Shown one piece after another: positions 12,761 to 21,573 of a stretch of DNA of 64,000 nt. The notes beneath the pieces were generated by a model that saw only the letters and a list, made by a program, of their open reading frames with translations, did no database searches and was not told where the DNA came from. The position numbers and the translations under genes are program-made. This DNA comes from Lepidodermella squamata. Lineage: Eukaryota; Animalia; Gastrotricha. Every line of letters starts with the position of its first letter. Within the stretch, counting starts at the first letter, position 1. The stretch lies in NCBI GenBank assembly GCA_047495785.1, contig JBLDXI010000017.1:2232001-2296000 (forward strand), written 5' to 3'.

Positions 12761-13855
12761 GAGAACGGCTTTTCGGCTGCTGGCTATTTTCACCGCCTCG
12801 CAAAGTTGGGCAGCGTTGAATCGATTAGGGAAATCTTTGACAAATTGCCAAGACAAACTGTCAAATACGCCGTCGAGCACCTGGATGAACACGATGTTAG
12901 CAAAACGATTTTGCACCAGGCCTGCGAATTCGGCCGTGTAGACCTGGTCCAGTACCTGGTCTCAAATGTCGGTGCGGACGTTCGGTCCAAGGCTTGTTTG
13001 GGTGCGCGTAGCCATCGAGACGATGCTGATTCAACGCCGATTCACCTGGCAGCTCGAAACAATCATCTCGAAATCGTTAAATTTCTGTGCGAATTCGATC
13101 CATCGCTCGCCGAGTTGAAGGAATTCAAGGATCGAACACCATTGCATTGCGCTGCTGAAAATGGCCACCTGGATTTGGTTCAGTACCTCGTCAAACATTT
13201 GAAAGTCGACGTGAACGCGAAAGACGACGATGGCGCGTCTGCTATTCGCGGGGCGGCTGAATGTGGCCACTTGGATGTTGTCAAATTTTTGGTTGAAAAT
13301 GGCTCAGATCACGATATTCTCGGGCAACACGAGGACTATTCACCTGTTTTCGCTGCGGCCAAGTCGGGTTATGAAGACGTTGTTGAGTTTCTTGTTCAAC
13401 TGGACCCTGATGTCCTTAGGCTACCGCCCGCCAAATATAAGAAGACGCTGTTAATGACCGCAGCTTTTTACGGGCAACGAAACGTGGTCGAATATTTGAT
13501 ATCACAGCGCTGCGACTTGGAAGAGCGCTTTTGGGTAGATGGCGAAACGGCGTTGATGATGGCGGCTTATCAAGGTCATTTCTCGACAGTTGTGGCCCTC
13601 GTCGAAGGTGGGGCAGATGTGGAGAAGCTTAGCACGCTGTCGAAAAGCAACCGTGAAAACAAGACTGCTCTACATTTCGCAGCTGAAAGTGGCCATCTGC
13701 CGATTGTTGAGTATTTATGCCATTTCCGTCCTGACCTGGCGACTTTGAAGAATAACAAAAAATGTACTGCTCTGGAAATGATGGTCAGTCACGGCATGAC
13801 CCAGAGGCACCCAGCCGTCTACAAATTCTTGAAAATTTTCGCTAAAGATCTTTGA
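12761..13855 (+). CDS. Ankyrin-repeat protein (~8-9 repeats); first exon not identified
   Basis: Repeated TPLH.AA..GHL.VV.YL motifs. The long exon follows the acceptor tttcatttag (12751-12760) in frame. AATAAA near 13953. Confidence 0.88.
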   Translation, partial: ENGFSAAGYFHRLAKLGSVESIREIFDKLPRQTVKYAVEHLDEHDVSKTILHQACEFGRVDLVQYLVSNVGADVRSKACLGARSHRDDADSTPIHLAARNNHLEIVKFLCEFDPSLAELKEFKDRTPLHCAAENGHLDLVQYLVKHLKVDVNAKDDDGASAIRGAAECGHLDVVKFLVENGSDHDILGQHEDYSPVFAAAKSGYEDVVEFLVQLDPDVLRLPPAKYKKTLLMTAAFYGQRNVVEYLISQRCDLEERFWVDGETALMMAAYQGHFSTVVALVEGGADVEKLSTLSKSNRENKTALHFAAESGHLPIVEYLCHFRPDLATLKNNKKCTALEMMVSHGMTQRHPAVYKFLKIFAKDL

Positions 13856-15085
13856 TTCGATGAAATAGGCTGGTCCTATTTGATCCATTTGCTTTGAAAC
13901 TTTCTTGATTGTTCATCTTCCGATTTCCTGGATAATCGCTCGATTATTGTCAAATAAAAATGGAATTTTTTTTATTTATTCAATTTCTCATATTCACTGG
14001 TGAAAATTGAAAAATAGGGCGTGGCACGAAGCAAAGAAACTGAGCGATTTTCAGGTTTCTCTCAGCTCGGGTCCACTTTTTCTTCTGGATTTTGAATTTT
14101 CAAGCTGCCGTCTGTGGTACTCCTTCGTCCTCCTTAAAAGACAAAGAAGTGCATTTGTTTAGATTTGTTTTGATGTTGCAAGGCATAGCATTTTATGGAA
14201 ATTTAGAATATCCAGCATTAACCCGATTTTTAACCCGATAAAATTGGCTGATTATTTGAAGTTGAGGAGATATTGCGCGGTGAAGCGAAGTGAAACCAGT
14301 TCGTAAAAAAAATGTCTTGTAGCGCGGAGTTTTGAAAATTTGCATTTTTCATTCGTAAAAGTTGAATCCTTGATATTGATCGATTCCTGTCCTGTGTTCA
14401 TTATCTTGAAAGTGGCATCCAAAGCATTTATCTATTTCAAGCTCACTACGTCATAATTTTTGCCCAGCCCCGCTTGTCGTTTGCTATTTTCGTCTTATAA
14501 TTGTAATTTTCTTCAATTGCTGGAAGAAGGACCTAAAAACAATGTCCGATTTTCTGCATTCAATGACAATTCAATTAGAGTGCATTTGTAAGTTATCGAA
14601 CGAGAAAATGAGCGAGGCGGTGGGGAAGCGCGGGTAAAATCCGGGTGTTTTTAATCAATTTCAATCCGCCCGCTTTAACGGAATTCGGTTAGATGGGCGG
14701 AGAAATCGCTGAAGTGGAGTTATTGTCGAACTATGCGCAAACTTCCGTACTTGATTCAACAACAGCATATAATGTATATTTGCTTTCATTATCTAGCCGG
14801 ATTGTTTTCCAATACGAGCAATCACGACTGATTGCCCACGCTGAGAGGATCTAAAAAAATGTGTACAGTACATTTGCGCGGCGTCATTGTTTTATGCTGT
14901 GAAAACTGATCGCATGAGAATTCAAGTACGCTGAATTTTTATTGCATTATGTATAACATGTCCAAAAGCAGAAGTGCGCTTCCGGAAAACAGCGCATTCA
15001 TCCTTCAGCTGATTTTCCAAGCTATAATTCAGTATATAGCATGGAGCTTATCAATTAGACCACATAGGCTGCTTTTTAATGCGGA

Positions 15086-16262
15086 ATGGCAAATGGAATA
15101 ACCAGTCACCGCTTTGACACTAGGGTTAACTTGGATTTGGCGTGGTTTTTCGGCGGTTACTCGCGCGATGAAGTTGCAGCTTTACGATCGGATCTTGACC
15201 TCATCTTACCCCATCTTGATTCGATGGGTCTATGCTGCCTTGCGAAGGTAGCCGCCGTTTGTAAAGGTGCACATGATATTTTGGCTTCGGCAAATTTGAT
15301 GCCAGATGATCAGCAGGAAGTTTTCAATTCTGACGAGGCAAAAGCTCATGGTCGCAGGATGATGATGGCATTTGTCGGAGCTATTCAAAGAATCGATCAC
15401 AAGGAGGAATTTCTCGATTATATTAGGAGCCTTTCAAGTGTTCATTGTGGTTTTGGAATAAAGCCGGACATGATAATGGTAGGTTTTCTCCAAGTTAACC
15501 TTTTCCTGGGTAGCATTTAATGTAGCTCTTGACTGGCCACGCTTACTTTATATTGCGACCTATAGTTCATGGAAGAAGGATTTTCAAATGGCACCAGATT
15601 CGAGAAAATATATTCGAAATTGAATTTAGCGGGGATTTTCAAAAAATGTGAAATAAATTGGGACAAATGCAAAAAATGGAATTTCATGCGGAAATCTGAT
15701 TTTAGAATTACTTAGAATTGAGTGCCGCACTCTCATTGCATCCGGCTTACAATCAATATAGGAAACTGAAATCAGCCAGGAAATTTGAAAATTTCGATAA
15801 TTGAGAGTCGGATCTATTTGAAAGTCGGATCTTGGAATTCCGACACGTGCCTAGTTGTAAAGTGGCTCAAAAACCAAAACCCCCAAGAGTTAAAATTTGT
15901 GATCAATTTGAGTTTAATGACCTTTAAAATCGTAATTTTTTCATCTCTGACCTCAGGCTTTCATCGCTTGCGTCCGGCAAACAGTTATCGACCACCTGTT
16001 GGTTCTGAAAGAAACTTGCGACACATCAAACGAAGAAGCTGGCAGGCTAGCTCTCAGTCGAAGGATTTCATCATCACCCGGTGAATGCGGAAGCTGTCGA
16101 AAATGCATCGGCTCGCTTGCGATATTGCGCGCCAACCCGGGCCTGTACAACGCCCGCGAATTCGACCACTGGAACAAATTTTTCATGACGCTATCGCTGG
16201 CTTTTATCAACGGCATTGAGAGGTGTACCCAGAGACGGTGTTCCCAGAGCAGGAGAAAATAA
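15086..16262 (+). CDS. Globin 3 (subfamily B), ~46 aa G-H insertion containing CGSCRKC
   Basis: LDLAWFFGGYS..MGLCCLAKVAAVCKGAHDIL..AKAH(E7)GRRM..LSSVH(F8)CGFGIKPDMIM|AFIACVRQ..EFDHWNKFF. Intron 15479-15956 at G7.0. Confidence 0.85.
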
Positions 16263-16901
16263 TCGCATGCCGGAGACGGATACAAATCAAAATGTGCAAG
16301 CCTCTACTCGCAAAATAATTCCCTTTGATACCTTATTTTTTACATTAATCGTTCAGGTAATTTCTCAATAAAAACGCGAAGAGTATTGATTCAGAGCATA
16401 TACCGGATTGAAGGGTTTTTGTTAGTTCAAGATGTCGAGGAAACGAGTTCTAGGTGCTACTGCGCGTTGAGAAAGCCCATCAAAAAAATGGCTCAACTTC
16501 CGTCTCGCCAGACTAGAATAATTTCCCCACGTTAAGTAAGAGCCGCGTGATCGATAATGACTTCACATATTCAGGGAAATCTACGCATATAAACCTGTTA
16601 GGAAAACTCGGCTGTGATAATAGCGGAATACATTTGCACAAACGCGTCTAAATCATTTATTTTTTTACTAGTAATTGGATCTCACTGGAGAATTTTACGC
16701 AGAAATAATAATACATTATTTTGTTACAAATCGATCAATTTACAACAAATGCCGCTGGTAATTTTAGAAAAAGCACATCGATGTCTGATATTACATTTGT
16801 GGGCGTGTTCTTGATGTTCATTCAGAGAGCGCGCAAAACCACGCTTTTGATAGCAGCCTTTCGCTCGTGAATCATCTTTTGTCTTATACTCACCTCGAAA
16901 T

Positions 16902-17645
16902 ATGGCGGATAGTCACACTAGGATGGATCATGACACTAGTAACCCTAGTAATCTTGACTTCGCCTGGTTTTTCGGCGGTTATTCCGACGAAGAGACGATT
17001 TCCCTCCGGTCCGATCTCGAACGGTTGAAGCCTCACATCGATGCTATGGGCGTTTGTTGCTTGGTGAAAGTAGCCCAGGGGTGCAAAGATATTCACGACA
17101 TCTTCGTTACAGCCGACATTCTACCCGCTCATCGCTACGAGGTTGCGAGATCTGAAAAAACAAAGGAACATGGCCACAAAGTTATGATGTCTTTCGTCGG
17201 CGCGTTGAATAAGATCGATAACAAAGACGCTTTCTTAGACTACATGGAGAGCTTGTCCGGGCTGCATTGCGGCCTTGGCATCAAACCTGACTACATCATG
17301 GTAAATTTTTGCTGAATTTCTTTGAAAAAATTATGTTTATCACCGCAGAATTTCATCGCTTGCGTGCGTCAAACTTTTCTCGATCACCTTCTAGTTATTA
17401 AGGAGGATGATTCATCTCATGATGCTGAAGAGAACGCGGAGGAATTGCCGCAATCTGAGACTAATAGCGATTGCTTGTGCTGCCGGCGATTTCGTGGCTC
17501 TCTAGCAGCAAAACACAGCGACCCAAGCCGGTATAATTTCCGCGAATTCGATCACTGGAACAAGTTTTTCATGACTTTCTCATTGGCTTTCATCAACGGC
17601 ATGGAGCGCCGGGCTCGCTTGAAACATGGGATTAAGAGTAAATGA
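16902..17645 (+). CDS. Globin 4 (subfamily B), ~44 aa G-H insertion containing CLCC
   Basis: LDFAWFFGGYS..MGVCCLVKVAQGCKDIHDIF(CD1)..TKEH(E7)GHKV..LSGLH(F8)CGLGIKPDYIM|NFIACVRQ..EFDHWNKFF. Intron 17301-17348 at G7.0. Confidence 0.87.
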
Positions 17646-17749
17646 TAATTTATTATTGCAAAAAAAAGAATTCTATGGCAAAATGGTCTTCAAACATATT
17701 AATAAAAATTTGCATGACAACTGCCGTAAAATCAAAAATAATAAATAAA

Positions 17750-18435
17750 TTATTTCAGCTTTCCGTTCACAGTTTTTTCGCAATCTGAAATTCGGTCAGT
17801 CGTGTCTTCAATAGGCGGCGGTGATTCGAAAAATTGCATCAGGCCAATGTTCAGCGACATGAAAAATCGATTCCAAACAAAAAATTCGTGGGATTTTTCG
17901 AAGTCAGCATAATTTCTCATATTTTTGCAATCTTGACCGGCCAATTCGCATAAAATTGCATTCCTCAGGCAGCCAATTAATACCTGGAAAAATTAAACAA
18001 TCATTGACTTTCAAATAATTCGATGTATCTTACTGTGAAATAAGTTGGATGAACACCGTAGGCAACGTGGCGTGATGAAAGTCCTTTCACGAATTCGACG
18101 TAGGCAGGTCGGTTATCAAGCCTATTAAGGCACTTTTCTATCGAGCTAAGAACCCTCAAACTGTGAGCTTTCGTTTCCCAGCTATAAAGCACATCGCTCC
18201 GATTCGTTGGCAGGACTTGTTTATTTATAAAGACAGCAAAGGCATCGGGGTGAAGGTCGAACAGGTTGGTGAAAGCAGCTATTCCTATTCGTTCCAAGAC
18301 CTCGGGCTGAGTCACTCTATTTCGAAAAGTTGTCCTTAATAGCGTTATATCTTCGTGGGAGAAGACGTCACAAAACCAGTATTGATCGTAATTTTGCGGC
18401 ATAACTTCCGTCGGTGAACCTTGCTCACTGCTCAT
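17750..18435 (-). CDS. Globin 5 (subfamily A), short ~11 aa G-H insertion
   Basis: IGIAAFTNLFDLHP(C2)DAFAVF(CD1)..WETKAH(E7)SLRV..LSSRH(F8)VAYGVHPTYFT|VLIGCLR..VWNRFF. Intron 17984-18033 at G7.0. Confidence 0.9.
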
Positions 18436-19066
18436 GATTATCGCGAATAAGAGCCTATAAAAGTGAACTCAACAAGAAAAACGCGCTAGTCAATATATAT
18501 TAGCCGGCAAAGAGGTCTCGCAGCATAATAGTACTTAAGCGGAAAAAGAGGCAAAAAAGCGATTATTGACGATTGACATGAATTAAAATTAATGCGGTAA
18601 AAAAATAACAATTGCATTATTTTACCCGAACGGAGCAGCATGTTTATACAAAAACAAAGCGGCGCCTTTTATATGGATTTATGGCCGCTATCTTCGATCA
18701 CAAACATATTTGTCAGCCATATAACCCTCCTATTTCTTGAGCGATGTTTCAATTAGCCTCTTCAGACAAAAAAAATCGACCAGTTCATGCGTTCTTTTCC
18801 CACTGTGTAAGAAAATAATCGCTTTGATGTATGCGGATTCGAAAACAGCGATTGGTACATATTCTTGATAGGACGTAGGAGAATAACACCCATATTGGAT
18901 TTACGCCGCATATGCCAGTGAATGATCGCCCTCAAGGCGGCTGTAAAAACCATATTATATGGCTATTTTATGAACGCGTAAAATTGAATTTGCACGCGCA
19001 AAGAGGCGTTTCAATGAAAAATTACCCATAAATAAATCGGCAATTTTTTTACTCGTGAAAATTAAA

Positions 19067-21573
19067 TCAGTCCAAGTAATCTCTTGTGCAGTCTTCAAAA
19101 ACCGAGTTGCCATTCAGAGTTCTAAGGTAGACGCAAGTTTGATTGAAAAGCCCATCGCTGGCATCGTTAGCGTGGGAATAGTTGTAAATAGCCGCTCCGT
19201 TGATGGCGCAGAAAAATGCGGCGCTTGTTATCAGGGCAAGAATGTCGATGAATTGGCTCAGCTTCATAGCCCGCGGTAAAATGATAGATTCTTCGTGTTT
19301 GTTGAAAGGAATCAGCCAGTTTAAGCGCCTCCACTCCGTTTTCACGACTTCTTTCGGAGTGGCCGGCCGCTCACCATTTCCATCAGAAGGTTGAGGTACG
19401 TCTTTCGAAGAGGACGGCCCTTCACTGCCAACCTGGCCATGGGAGTGAGGTTTCAGTCGAATAACATTCCGCCTCATCGGCCGCTCAATCGCACTTGTTA
19501 AAAAGCTGATTATCGAGAAATAACAAGCGCAGCCGAAGCAAAGTAGACCATGAAGTAGGACGTAGTTACTAAGGAAGATTCCTTTCGTTGTTTTTGGGAC
19601 ATTAGCCAACACTAAACCCTGTATATAGGTCAGCGAAATCAAGACTGTAACAGCGAAGGTCGGGCGATCTGGGCCATTTATCGGTAGGGCAAAGGCAATA
19701 AGTTCCACCAGAATCGATAGGACAAAGCAAGGGAGAAGGATATTATTGACATAATACCCATATTTTCGCTGGAAAGTGTACGAAAACGTGATAGTTGACC
19801 TGTCGTTGTTAACAGTGTCGCGAATTATGTTGCCAGTAGGGCTTGGCAGTAAATTTCGAATTTGCACCCGCGAGGCGATAAAGTTCCAGCTATCTGTGCT
19901 CTCCATGTTCAGCGAACTAACAGTTTGAGCCTTCCAAAACTCGATCGCGCCGAGGTAGGACAACTTTGGCCGGAAAATGAACGAGCAAGTCTGCGTATCA
20001 AACGGGAAGGTCCACATATCCATGGAGCAGTCGACCGTAAATTTACCGAAGCGGAACCAGTAGAATGACATATCGCCATCATCGTACTGCTCCTGGCCGG
20101 CTTGGGGAGGGTTAGGCTTGATTTGCATGTCATGGTCAAGCCCATCTAACATGGCGTAGTTTTCTTTAGCGTTGGCGAGTAAGATTGGCGGAATCCAAAA
20201 GTCGTTGTAATTACAGCAGCCGTCATTCTTCCCCGAGCCGAGATTTACGACTTTGAAGACCTGGCTCCTTAATAAGGAGAGAAATGTCGAGTTATCAGAC
20301 TGGCATGTAGTCTTCCATGTCGCCAAAAGTAGGCCTGACATCGTGATGCTTTCATCGACTTCATCGATTGAAGTGAACTGGGGTAGGAAGTTCAAGCCGA
20401 TGATAACAGCTGATTGAGCAAAGGACGAGCTGTCGCTGTAATTCGGAACAGGGCTCGAACGCTCAGGGGACAGATTCTCGCATTGATTGATAAAATCTTG
20501 AGCCATTATCGTACTCTCGTAAGACTCCTGAATCGTTATCCCCAGAGTTTTCGGCGGTCGAGAGTATCGCTGCTTCTCACCTAGCGTTTTTACGAAAGAA
20601 TCGTACCAGTCCGCCCCGGCCTTATTAACAAAATTGTTCCGCTTATTTCCGTTATCGTTAGTTTGATCTGAGCTGCTTTCAACCCTCAATGGCTCGGCAG
20701 ATGGGTCACTGCTTGCAGGCATTTTGGCGGCTACGTCAGCCGCGGTTGTTGTCAAAAGTCGGCTCGGTATCGTTGTCCCAACTGGCACTGTTGGGCTGGG
20801 CGCGGCTGTTGAATCAACGAAAACCCCTGGATCTGTGACTGGAGCATACGAGTAATACGGGTAATTCGTAGTTGGCATGTTCCAATCTGTCGCCGTTACA
20901 GCCCAGTTACTGAAGGTCGTAGTGAAGCTGTTAGGGTTGTAGGTTGGTCTGAAGGTAGTGAATCGATCTCTTCCGTCATTATAGTCGGGACCACGGGTAT
21001 TTCGAGGGTCTAGGCACTAGGAATAAAAGTTGACTATAAGTTGAACTCATATAGTTACCTGCGGTCCAGAAGCCACCAGGTGTTATCCACGGCCAATACG
21101 TGCTTGGGACATTCGGCCGATAAGTCATTGTGTTAGGGTTGTTGTTCGGCCTGTTTGTCGTGCCATAGGCATTTCCTCTCGATCCTCCGTCGTTATAATC
21201 AGGGCCCCGGTTGTTCCTATTAGATTCTGAAAATACGAAAATAGAGCTGAAGCTCGGGAAATCTAGATAAGGAATTACCCGTTGTCCTAGCGCTAGTAGG
21301 TTGAACCCACAGCGTCCATGGTTGTACGTTATTATTATTTCCAGTGTTTCCCCTATTATCCGTTGATGACCATGGTTGTACGTTATTATTGTTTCCCGTG
21401 TTTCCCCTATTATCCGTTGATGACCATGGTTGGACATTGTTATTGTTTCCAGTGTTGCCCCTGTTGTCTGTTGATGGATTGATATTACCAGTATTACCAG
21501 TAGTCCTGCCAGATTGTGCATCACAGTCGCCAATCGAAGCAAGCAAAAGTACGAAAATGCTCAAAATCATCAT
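19067..21573 (-). CDS. Cys-loop ligand-gated ion channel subunit (~801 aa) with a long low-complexity N-terminal extension
   Basis: Cys-loop CSMDMWTFPFDTQTC, FWIPP, pre-M1 R..GYYVNNILLPC, four TM segments. Signal peptide MMILSIFVLLLASIGDC. Introns 21227-21278 and 21010-21058 join the exons in frame (2406 nt CDS). Confidence 0.85.
21316..21477 (-). repeat. Three 54-nt coding tandem repeats (STDNRGNTGNNNNVQPWS)
   Basis: Directly visible. Units differ mainly at synonymous positions. Confidence 0.9.

Noticed and set aside
21316-21477. Regularly spaced repeats resembling a CRISPR array
   Set aside because: They are contiguous coding repeats with no unique spacers, in a eukaryotic context with no cas genes.
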